Shown: positions 56,614 through 64,000, counted from the first letter of the stretch. The stretch: DNA of 64,000 nt from an uncultured delta proteobacterium (GCA_963794325.1 CAWCDG010000004.1:1568001-1632000), one strand, 5' to 3'. Program-made: numbers and translations. The notes: generated by a model not told the origin, from the sequence alone.

Positions 56614-57435
56614 ATGGATGTGAAAGCAGAAACGAACGAGAAGCCGAAAGCGAGAACCCTGGTGGTCGGGCTCGGCGAAGTGGGCGGCGCGCTCGCTGCG
56701 GTGTTGGACCGCAAGGAACCCGTGCTGCGGCACGACCTCGACAGAGTGAAGATAGAAGACCCGATTGGGACTATGCACATCTGTATCCCGTTTCAAACGC
56801 CGCATCAGTTCGAAACTGTCGCGCTCGGATACATCAGCCGGTTTCAGCCCGCTCTGACGATCATCAACAGCACTGTGTTGCCGGGAACCACTCGATCGAT
56901 CGCGGAAAAGAGCGGCAGCGCCGTCGCGTACAGCCCGGTGCGTGGCAAGCACGTGCGGATGGAGCAGGACCTTTCGCATTACTGCAAATTCGTCGCAGCC
57001 CCCAACCGAGCGGACGCGGCCAGCGCCGAGGCGCACTTTCAGGCGGCCGGCATGAAAACCCGGCGGATGACGGAAGTCGAGTCGCTCGAGCTGGGGAAGC
57101 TGGCCGAGACCACGTATTTCGGCGCATGCATCGCGTTCGCACAGGAGATGAACCGCTACGCGGAGCGGGTCGGCGGCGACTATTCCGAGTCGATCGATTT
57201 TTTCGAGGAAGTGGATTTCCTGCCGCGCCAGCGTTACTTCCCCGGCTTCATCGGCGGCCACTGCGTTATTCCCAACATCAAACTGCTGCTTCAAATAGCG
57301 CCGTCGCAGACGCTCGAAGCAATATTGGATTCAAATGAACGACGTGCAATTGAACTCGAATCGCGAAAGGGGGCCAAGGCAGTTTCCAGCTCGCGCGAGC
57401 CTCAGCCGGCCAAAGTGCTGGCTGATCGGCAATAG
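56614..57435 (+). CDS. Short UDP-glucose/GDP-mannose dehydrogenase-family protein
   Basis: GLGEVG, INSTVLPGTT, YSPVRG, ELGKLAETTY, PGFIGGHC; no C-terminal domain; AGGAG RBS. Confidence 0.78.
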   Translation: MDVKAETNEKPKARTLVVGLGEVGGALAAVLDRKEPVLRHDLDRVKIEDPIGTMHICIPFQTPHQFETVALGYISRFQPALTIINSTVLPGTTRSIAEKSGSAVAYSPVRGKHVRMEQDLSHYCKFVAAPNRADAASAEAHFQAAGMKTRRMTEVESLELGKLAETTYFGACIAFAQEMNRYAERVGGDYSESIDFFEEVDFLPRQRYFPGFIGGHCVIPNIKLLLQIAPSQTLEAILDSNERRAIELESRKGAKAVSSSREPQPAKVLADRQ

Positions 57436-58762
57436 TCCGGAGCTGCCCACTGCGGCCGGACGGATCGCGCGGCTGCGCGGTCTCGAGGTCGAGGTTTGTC
57501 CTGCGAATGGGGCCGCGCTTCCGTCTTTTCAGACGGCCCGCAACCAGCTGATCGCGATCAATTTCGATCTGTTGTCGCGGCTCGAAGCCGGCGCACAGGC
57601 GCGTCTGCGCGAAGCCGCCGAGAATGGCGCGACCATTTACGTGCGCGGAGGGCTACAGCCTGGACGCAGATTCTCGATGCGGCCGTTTTCGGATCAGCAG
57701 TTCCAGTTTTTGGACTTGCCGGCCGACGGTTATCAATTCTCGACCCATCCGATCCTTCCCGCAGCAATCGCCGGCGAACGAATAGTCACCAGGTTGAACA
57801 TGCCGATGGCGGCTGGATTGGACGACAGCGTCCGCCCGATCGTGTGGAGTCTGCATCGAACCGGATCCGGGACGCCGTCAATTTTTTCGATCGAAGTGGG
57901 TGCCGGCATCGCGATCTTCGATCTTCATCCTGATGATGAATCCAGCGAGCATGAATTGCTCGCGGAACTCGCCGCGCCAACCAGAAGAGCTGCCAGTATC
58001 GGGGCGGTCGCGGCGGTTGATTGGGCCGCCGGACGCAATCCAGCGACTCCCGTGCCGATCAATCTCGTCATCGACGATCGTCCGATCAACTTCGACTATT
58101 TCAACGCGGGCAGGTTGAAGACGTTTATGCAACATCTCGATGATCGGTGCCCCGGCATCCACACCGATTTCGCGTGGACGCCAAGTTACACGCGGCCGTA
58201 TCGCCGCTACCTGGACGTACTGGCACAGCACAACACCGGCTTCGTGTGGCACGGGTTCCTGCGCCACGTGGATCATCGCAGGATCACTGATTTCGAGTCG
58301 CAGCTCGACGCGGGGCGTGCACGCGTCGAAGAAATCACGCGGCATTACGGCGTTAGATTTCAAAGGGTGATGATTTTTCCATACGAAAAAGGCACGCGTC
58401 GCGCCGACGAACTTCTGCGCCGCGCGGGTTTCGTGGCGAAGGTTCAGTCGATGGAGGACAGTCCGCATCCGAATTACTACCGGCTGCGGGGCGTCGCCGA
58501 CAAACCGTCGTTTGATGAGTTCAGTGTGATTTATCGCGATTCGATCGAAACCCTCACCCGCGATCGAATGTTGGCCCTGGCTACGCTTGGGATGCCGGTG
58601 GCCGCGCTGGCGCATCCTCGCGATCTGGCCCTGCGCCGGTTTCAGCCGGGCGATCCGGGCGCAGTGTCGTACTTTGATTCAGTGCTGGCGTTTGCGGCGG
58701 AAAAGTCGCTGCGACCGATGTCGCTCGAAGAAATAGCGGCCGAAGTGCCGGCCGCGCGATAA
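57335..58762 (+). CDS. Hypothetical protein with a C-terminal deacetylase-like (NodB-type) region
   Basis: LVIDD, WHGF..H, MIFPYE, AHP motifs; last gene of the operon; start uncertain. Confidence 0.6.
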   Translation: MNDVQLNSNRERGPRQFPARASLSRPKCWLIGNSPELPTAAGRIARLRGLEVEVCPANGAALPSFQTARNQLIAINFDLLSRLEAGAQARLREAAENGATIYVRGGLQPGRRFSMRPFSDQQFQFLDLPADGYQFSTHPILPAAIAGERIVTRLNMPMAAGLDDSVRPIVWSLHRTGSGTPSIFSIEVGAGIAIFDLHPDDESSEHELLAELAAPTRRAASIGAVAAVDWAAGRNPATPVPINLVIDDRPINFDYFNAGRLKTFMQHLDDRCPGIHTDFAWTPSYTRPYRRYLDVLAQHNTGFVWHGFLRHVDHRRITDFESQLDAGRARVEEITRHYGVRFQRVMIFPYEKGTRRADELLRRAGFVAKVQSMEDSPHPNYYRLRGVADKPSFDEFSVIYRDSIETLTRDRMLALATLGMPVAALAHPRDLALRRFQPGDPGAVSYFDSVLAFAAEKSLRPMSLEEIAAEVPAAR

Positions 58763-58772
58763 TCGAGTCCCG

Positions 58773-60209
58773 TCAGTTACCGTGATGTCGCGACGACTCG
58801 CTCGACGACTCGCGATCCTTCCCCTGGTAGCGAACCAGCCGGTTGTAGAGCGTCTTTAAACTGATCCCGAGAATTTGAGCGGCGCGCACTTTATTGCCGT
58901 TGGTAAAATCCAGCGTCTTGAAAATGAACTCGCGCTCGACTTCGTCCAGCGACTCTCCGATGCGCAATTCGAAATGAGGTCCCTTGCGGCCGGCACGCCT
59001 GACGTCGACCGGAAGATCGGCGGCCGCGAGCAGAGGCCGTCGTGCAACGATAGTGGCGCGCTCGATCACGTTTCGCAGTTGCATTACGTTGCCGGGCCAT
59101 CGAAACAAGCGAAGAATTTCCAGACATTCGTTGTCGACGCCGGTCACCGATTTTCGATTGTTCTGCGCGGACTGTGCAACAAACGCCTCGACCAGCGCCG
59201 GAATATCTTCGAGCCGATCGCGCAGCGGCGGCAGTTCGATGGTGAAAGTATTGAGTCTCGAATATAAGTCTTCGCGCAATCTGCCGTAGTGAGTGGCCTC
59301 CGCCAGACTTTTGCTCGAAGACGCGATCAGGCGAACATCCAGCGACGTTTCGTTTCCGTTGCTGGCGCCGAGCCGGCGGAATTTCCTTTCCTCGATCGTT
59401 CGCAGCAGCTTGGCCTGGAGTTCGATCTTCAGCTCGGTAATTTCGTCGAGCAGGAGGGTACCGCCATTGGCCATCGCCAGCAGTCCTTCGCGGCGCCGTG
59501 CGGCTCCCGCAAAAGCGCCGGGCTCGTGGCCCCACAGCTCGCTCTCCATCAGGTCGTGCGGCAATCCCGAGCAGGTGACGGCGACGTATGGATCATTGCG
59601 GCGCGCCGACAGCTCGTGAATCGTCCGCGCCACGATTTTCTTGCCGGTTCCGCTTTCTCCGACGATCGACACCGAGGCGGAACTCGACGCCGCGGCTTCC
59701 TCGACCAGCCTCATCACGCGACGCATCGCGGGCGATTGCCCGATGATTGGTCCAAGCGTGCCGGCCTCGATCAACTTTCGCCGGAGACGCTGGTTTTCCT
59801 CGCTCACTCTGAGTTGAGTCATCAATTCGTTCAAGAGCACGCGCAGATTGGTCGGATTGATCGGCTTGGAGACAACGTCGTAGGCGCCGGGCTTGGTGAT
59901 GGGTTCTTTTGAACGAAGGTCGGCCTCTTCGGCCATCACGATCGTCGCGACTTCGACGCCGCGTGCTTGCAATTCACCTAAAACGGTCTCGCCGTCTTTC
60001 TGATGTGCTTTCAGATCGATCAGAAGGACATGCGGCGAAAACGACTTGGTCTTTTCGAACACCTGATTGCCCGCGACGGCCTGAACCACAAAGCCCCACG
60101 AGTTGATCAGGTCGCGCAATTTCTCGCGGCCGGACTGGTCATCCGCGACGACGAGAATGCGGAGGTCACGGTTATTATCTGACGTGTTGGAGGTTGCTGG
60201 CATCGTCAT
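58773..60209 (-). CDS. NtrC-family sigma54 enhancer-binding protein (REC-AAA-Fis HTH) with degenerate activation motifs
   Basis: GESGTGK, GAFAGA, LLDEI, WPGNVMQL, GNKVRAAQILGIS.KTLYNRL. Confidence 0.9.
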   Translation of the reverse strand: MTMPATSNTSDNNRDLRILVVADDQSGREKLRDLINSWGFVVQAVAGNQVFEKTKSFSPHVLLIDLKAHQKDGETVLGELQARGVEVATIVMAEEADLRSKEPITKPGAYDVVSKPINPTNLRVLLNELMTQLRVSEENQRLRRKLIEAGTLGPIIGQSPAMRRVMRLVEEAAASSSASVSIVGESGTGKKIVARTIHELSARRNDPYVAVTCSGLPHDLMESELWGHEPGAFAGAARRREGLLAMANGGTLLLDEITELKIELQAKLLRTIEERKFRRLGASNGNETSLDVRLIASSSKSLAEATHYGRLREDLYSRLNTFTIELPPLRDRLEDIPALVEAFVAQSAQNNRKSVTGVDNECLEILRLFRWPGNVMQLRNVIERATIVARRPLLAAADLPVDVRRAGRKGPHFELRIGESLDEVEREFIFKTLDFTNGNKVRAAQILGISLKTLYNRLVRYQGKDRESSSESSRHHGN

Positions 60210-60218
60210 TGAATAAGC

Positions 60219-60234
60219 AGCAACCGATGTGCCA
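60219..60234 (-). promoter_or_regulatory. sigma54 -24/-12 promoter motif
   Basis: Minus strand TGGCACATCGGTTGCT, immediately upstream of the regulator ATG. Confidence 0.82.
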
Positions 60235-60381
60235 TGCGGTGGTCGAGAAAAAGCCCCCTGAATCCCCGAGAAAATAATTCGAGAAAATCGCCTCTTAAGT
60301 AAGAAATACATAATTTTAGATATTCGCCTTCTGTGCGAGATTAGAAAGGCTTTATTCCCAACATCTTTTAGTCGCCATTTC

Positions 60382-60397
60382 CGGCACGGCGATTGCT
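60382..60397 (+). promoter_or_regulatory. sigma54 -24/-12 promoter motif with no conventional gene downstream
   Basis: CGGCACGGCGATTGCT. Confidence 0.72.
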
Positions 60398-60594
60398 CAA
60401 GTACTTCAGGATAGCTCGGAGGGTGCGCCAGGCATTATACGGCGCCCGAGTTGGTCGCTACCTTTCCTCAATCGACTACTACTCAAACTGCTACTACCAA
60501 TGATGATGGCGACGTGCAGCGCCAGACGACGACTACAGTTGTCGCACCGTAGCCGGTATCTTACTTTCGCGCTCTGACTCTTTGTTTGAAAGCT

Positions 60595-60641
60595 AAAAAA
60601 GAGCAATCCGCTGAGCATTGAGTTATGCCCAGCGGATTGCT
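60595..60641 (-). terminator. Intrinsic terminator of the DUF1328 gene (possibly bidirectional)
   Basis: AGCAATCCGCTG/CAGCGGATTGCT stem; A6 on its left reads as a U tract on the minus strand. Confidence 0.72.
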
Positions 60642-60672
60642 GTTAATGGGGCGGATCAATTCGACGGCAAGT

Positions 60673-60834
60673 TCAAAGAATTGCTCGTCCTGCGACCAGC
60701 GAGACCACGAACAAGACCAGAAATACGACGAATAGGATTCTCGCAAATTCCGCGGACACGCCCGCAATGCCGCCAAATCCTAGCGCCGCCGCAATGACAG
60801 CTATCACTAGAAAAACGAGTGCGTAATACAGCAT
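60673..60834 (-). CDS. DUF1328 (UPF0391/YtjA-like) small membrane protein; not in the ORF track
   Basis: [53 protein letters not shown]; GAGG RBS. Confidence 0.92.
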   Translation of the reverse strand: MLYYALVFLVIAVIAAALGFGGIAGVSAEFARILFVVFLVLFVVSLVAGRAIL

Positions 60835-60869
60835 GAGTCAGTACCTCACGGGTAGGATACAGAGTAATC

Positions 60870-60885
60870 AGCAACTACTATGCCA
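60870..60885 (-). promoter_or_regulatory. sigma54 -24/-12 promoter motif
   Basis: Minus strand TGGCATAGTAGTTGCT, upstream of the DUF1328 gene. Confidence 0.8.
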
Positions 60886-60988
60886 TGGTTCATCGAAAAT
60901 TCCCGGAGTAATTGGCCTTTAGGATTCGTGAATAAATTACTCCGAGTATGCTTCAAGAGAATCCTTTCAGGCTGTGGACCTATGACGG

Positions 60989-61004
60989 TGGCCCTATCCT
61001 TGCT
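60989..61004 (+). promoter_or_regulatory. sigma54 -24/-12 promoter motif
   Basis: TGGCCCTATCCTTGCT, upstream of the csbD-like gene. Confidence 0.7.
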
Positions 61005-61069
61005 CGCTTTTATTAGTGTCATGGCCAAGGGATCGTAAAACCCCACTTACCCGCAAGGAGCAGTACCGT

Positions 61070-61267
61070 ATGAATACGGATCAGGTTAAGGGCAAGTTCA
61101 AGCAGCTTTCTGGTGAGATCAAGCGCAAATGGGGCCAGGTGACCGACGATGATTTGAAGCAGGCCCAGGGCAGCATGGAGAAACTTATCGGCAAGATTCA
61201 AGAGCGCTCAGGCGACCGCCGTGAGGCAATCGAGCAGTGGCTCAAGTCGCAAGGTATGAACGAGTAA
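61070..61267 (+). CDS. CsbD-family general stress protein
   Basis: MNTDQVKGKFKQLSGEIKRKWGQVTDDDL...GKIQER.G; AAGGAG RBS. Confidence 0.92.
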   Translation: MNTDQVKGKFKQLSGEIKRKWGQVTDDDLKQAQGSMEKLIGKIQERSGDRREAIEQWLKSQGMNE

Positions 61268-61281
61268 CCAGGAGGTAATGT

Positions 61282-61749
61282 ATGGATACAAAATACGCAT
61301 TCAGATTGATCGTGCCGGCGGTCCTGTTCGGGATGGTCTTGTCCGTTCCGGCCTTCGCTCAAAACAGCGCGCCGAATAGCCCGAACGCTGCGTCACCGGC
61401 CAGCGAGGATATGAACGCGCCGGCCGGACAGCAGATGCGTGCGGCTGGTCGAGAGATGAAGGATGCCGGTAGTGACACTGCCGCGGCAGCGACGGACACC
61501 TATCATGGAACTACGCGTGCGGTAAAAGACACGACCATCACCGCCGAAGTGAAGACCGCATTGAAGCGGGATCCACAGGTAGGATTAACCAGGATTCACG
61601 TCATGACCTCCGGCGGAGTCGTGACCTTGAAGGGCAAGGTGCCGACGCCTGATGTGGCTGCGCATGCTGCCCTAGTCGCGGAACAAAACAAGGGCGTCAA
61701 GAGCGTGGACAACCAACTGATGGTGGCTAATTCGGCGCGAACCGACTAG
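61282..61749 (+). CDS. Exported BON-domain protein (OsmY-like)
   Basis: Signal peptide (AFA), DTTITAEVK.AL, GVVTLKG.V, GVKSVDNQL; AGGAGG RBS. Confidence 0.9.
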   Translation: MDTKYAFRLIVPAVLFGMVLSVPAFAQNSAPNSPNAASPASEDMNAPAGQQMRAAGREMKDAGSDTAAAATDTYHGTTRAVKDTTITAEVKTALKRDPQVGLTRIHVMTSGGVVTLKGKVPTPDVAAHAALVAEQNKGVKSVDNQLMVANSARTD

Positions 61750-61774
61750 CCCGCCAGTCCACTAACAAATCGGA

Positions 61775-61827
61775 GTCGCCGCCGGTTCGTGGGCATCAAG
61801 CTCGCGAACCCGGCGGCGGCAGTTTTT
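61775..61827 (+). terminator. Intrinsic terminator
   Basis: GTCGCCGCCGGTTCG/CGAACCCGGCGGCGGC hairpin, then AGTTTTT. Confidence 0.7.
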
Positions 61828-62047
61828 ATGGTTGAGGTTATCGAGTTTCAGCGATCGGGGTGTTCTGCAGGCTCAACGGTGTTGCCAGTATCGCTGGTTT
61901 GGTCCTCTTTTCACACATCCAGTTAATAAGCGGGTTTAACTGAATCATCGGAAAAATTTTCAGCACGGATTACATGGTTCCCACTTTTCGGATTTTTGCG
62001 AGTTACCCAAGTCCTCGAAAAAAAAGGGTAATCCATTTCCGGGGCGC

Positions 62048-62063
62048 TGGCACGAGCATTGCG
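62048..62063 (+). promoter_or_regulatory. sigma54 -24/-12 promoter motif
   Basis: TGGCACGAGCATTGCG. Confidence 0.85.
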
Positions 62064-62073
62064 TGTCTATATT

Positions 62074-62193
62074 GCCTTGAGAACTTGGTCCAAAGGACCA
62101 GTAAGTAAAGTCTCCTTCCCCCAATCCGGCAGGGTCGGTTGCCCCGAACGTCCTCCCCCCGTTTGCGGCGCTGAAACTGCCGGATTTCTTTTT
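62074..62193 (+). ncRNA. Candidate sigma54-dependent sRNA or attenuator leader
   Basis: GGTCC/GGACC hairpin, CTCCTTCCCCC tract, AATCCGGCAG/CTGCCGGATT stem enclosing a TCCTCCCCC loop, then TCTTTTT. Confidence 0.5.
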
Positions 62194-62227
62194 ATCAATC
62201 GCAGTCGCGATTCGTCAGGAGTGCCCT

Positions 62228-62425
62228 ATGCCCAGGAAGTCCAGGGGTCGGAAGTATTCGAAGAAGGCCGGCGAGGCGGTCAAACGCGAAATGCATGCGA
62301 TGAAGCTGGGGACGCTGAAATCGGGCCGCTCGGGCAAAAAGGTCAAGGCGCGCAAGCAGGCGATTGCAATTGGCCTCTCCGAGGCCCGGCGCTCCGGCGC
62401 TAAAGTCCCTAAAAAGAAATCTTAG
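62228..62425 (+). CDS. DUF6496-family small basic protein
   Basis: KYSKKA...VKREMH..K.GTLKSGRSG.KV..RKQAIAIGLSEARR.G.KVP; AGGAG RBS. Confidence 0.88.
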   Translation: MPRKSRGRKYSKKAGEAVKREMHAMKLGTLKSGRSGKKVKARKQAIAIGLSEARRSGAKVPKKKS

Positions 62426-62598
62426 CGAGCAGACCTTCCGTTCGTACCCGTCTTCCTTGCCAGGCCGCCAGCCGGTAACAGTCCGGCGCCGCACTAGCCT
62501 GACTTGCGAGGCTCGAACTCAGTAAGAAATATCGTCTCTTATAGTAAGTCTTTCATTCGATCATTCCTGCTTTAGCGCGATTTATTTGTGCAATCCAT

Positions 62599-62614
62599 TG
62601 GCGCGCTTCCTGCT
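62599..62614 (+). promoter_or_regulatory. sigma54 -24/-12 promoter motif
   Basis: TGGCGCGCTTCCTGCT, upstream of two micro-protein genes. Confidence 0.68.
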
Positions 62615-62677
62615 ATTTAAGCACTTGTCGATTCATAGATGGGTCGGCGGGGTGCAACAGGAAAAGGAAGTATTCAA

Positions 62678-62758
62678 ATGCGTTATGCGATTGCATGGCT
62701 TCTAGGTGTTCCGGCTTCGATTGTCATCCTCTGGTTCGTGCTGGGGCACATGCTCTAA
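62678..62758 (+). CDS. 26-aa single-TM micro-protein; not in the ORF track
   Basis: MRYAIAWLLGVPASIVILWFVLGHML*; AAGGA RBS; WLLGVP motif. Confidence 0.7.
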   Translation: MRYAIAWLLGVPASIVILWFVLGHML

Positions 62759-62834
62759 CTCCAAACTCAGGTCCATCTGAAAACGATGAACCCCGCGGAC
62801 AAAGTCGCGGCGACGCAATTTCAGGAAGACAGTT

Positions 62835-62987
62835 ATGAACCTAATATTACTAGTCCTACTCGTGGTTCTCTTGATCGGCGCATTGCCCGCCTGGCCGTAT
62901 AGTGCCGGCTGGGGCTACTATCCTAGCAGCGCGCTCGGGACGATCCTGGTCATAGTTCTCGTTCTCGCATTGCTTGGACGAGTCTAA
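62835..62987 (+). CDS. DUF3309-family small membrane protein; not in the ORF track
   Basis: MNLILLVLLVVLLIGALPAWPYSAGWGYYPSSALGTILVIVLVLALLGRV*. Confidence 0.92.
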   Translation: MNLILLVLLVVLLIGALPAWPYSAGWGYYPSSALGTILVIVLVLALLGRV

Positions 62988-63027
62988 GACTTCCGCTTCG
63001 TAGGCGATGGCCGTCAGTAGAAGCGAC

Positions 63028-63255
63028 CTACTGACGGTTCATCACCATTCCTGCGCCAATCAGGACAACGCCAAGAACCATCGCTCCCACGCTCACGATC
63101 GGCGGGATGAAGTGTGGTTCCTCAGTCTTGGCCTGAACTTTCAAGTCACCGAATTTCACCACGTCCTGGGTTCGCTCCGTATTGAAGGAGGGCATCGCAA
63201 AGGCGATGAGCCCTAGAAGCGCGACTATCGCGCCGAACATCATGATGCTTTTCAT
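63028..63255 (-). CDS. Small two-TM membrane protein (DUF3185-like)
   Basis: TM - TERTQDVVKFGDLKV - IPP - TM; GGAGG RBS. Confidence 0.8.
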   Translation of the reverse strand: MKSIMMFGAIVALLGLIAFAMPSFNTERTQDVVKFGDLKVQAKTEEPHFIPPIVSVGAMVLGVVLIGAGMVMNRQ

Positions 63256-63306
63256 TTCGGTTGTCCTCCAGAAAGTGTTACGTAGGTTCCGCAGGTCCGG
63301 CGAATA

Positions 63307-63322
63307 AGCAAGCCAAGTGCCA
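63307..63322 (-). promoter_or_regulatory. sigma54 -24/-12 promoter motif
   Basis: Minus strand TGGCACTTGGCTTGCT. Confidence 0.82.
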
Positions 63323-63497
63323 CAGAATCTGCCCGCGTCACGATGCTTTGCACGGACCGTAGGCATCCCCGCCGGGAATCATGTAATTGTTGCTCTGTCG
63401 CTATGATTTTCCTGACGTTTGACGTGATGCGCCGGGCTCATTGCGAACCGGCATCGCGCGGACTAAAAGCAGTGAGCCTGATGCGGCTGGAGCCAGC

Positions 63498-64000
63498 ATG
63501 CCTGCGAACCGACTAAGAAGGAGTCTTTCCACCACAATCGTGGTTCCCGCGATCCTGATGGCTCTGGCAGTCATTGCGCTGATGTGGGAATTGCGCCGCC
63601 AGATGATCGAAACCGATTGGGTCGAGCATACTGATCGCGTAATGCTGCTGGTCGAAACCGCGAAAGCCGAATTTTTGTCCGCGCAGGAGGCGCTCAGGAA
63701 TTTCCTTCTTGCTTCAGACCAGACCCACCGCGGTCCGATCGAGAAAAATTGGAACGATAGCCAGGATATGGTCCGGCAACTTGCCGCGCTCGTTTCCGAC
63801 AATCCGACCGAGGAACAACGGGTGAAACTCCTCAACGGCCTCGAGAATCAATGGCTTGAAGCCGTCCGTGACGTGGATCAGAACTCGACCGATGCGGCGA
63901 AAGGTGATCTGTTCCAGCGCGCGACCACGATCGGGACCGAAGTGTTGAATGAGTTCGACGCGTTTTCGGCGGCTGAACAGGAGTTACGGACCGCGCGAGA
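63498..64000 (+). CDS. CHASE3-domain membrane sensor (probably a histidine kinase), truncated by the window end
   Basis: TM helix followed by WVEHTDRV...RNFLL...LVSDNPTEEQRV. Confidence 0.8.
   Translation, partial: MPANRLRRSLSTTIVVPAILMALAVIALMWELRRQMIETDWVEHTDRVMLLVETAKAEFLSAQEALRNFLLASDQTHRGPIEKNWNDSQDMVRQLAALVSDNPTEEQRVKLLNGLENQWLEAVRDVDQNSTDAAKGDLFQRATTIGTEVLNEFDAFSAAEQELRTAR

Noticed and set aside
60561-60874. ORF-track calls 60561-60776 and 60656-60874
   Set aside because: Wrong frames; the real gene is DUF1328 at 60673-60834

Overview
GC-rich bacterial chromosomal window, probably from a soil lineage such as Candidatus Binatota (inferred from gene style only). 1-18.7 kb is mixed metabolism: the end of a sugar-nucleotide/glycosyltransferase run (cupin, gmd), metH, a non-phosphorylative L-fucose/L-fuconate catabolic group, MaoC/CitE, pobA, a DUF433/DUF5615 toxin-antitoxin pair, GST, a Ni/Co transporter and an epoxide hydrolase. 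18.7-64 kb is a signalling, stress and exopolysaccharide region: an OsaA/OsaB-like poly-HAMP kinase pair, a PA2169-family protein, an internally deleted ligD, cls, a PAS kinase, a roughly 27-kb Wzx/Wzy EPS locus, an NtrC-family regulator and a run of small general-stress genes (DUF1328, CsbD, BON, DUF6496, DUF3309 and others). The strongest signal read from the DNA is 13 correctly spaced sigma54 (-24/-12) promoter motifs, 12 of them pointing at these stress, EPS and signalling genes. They come with a recurring GTA-N5-TAC-like upstream motif, three long C-rich-loop hairpins just downstream of promoters (candidate sRNAs or attenuators), and an enhancer-binding protein whose activation motifs are degenerate. 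Together these suggest a sigma54-driven general-stress/encapsulation regulon with built-in negative feedback. All annotations come from reading motifs by eye; no database searches were run.
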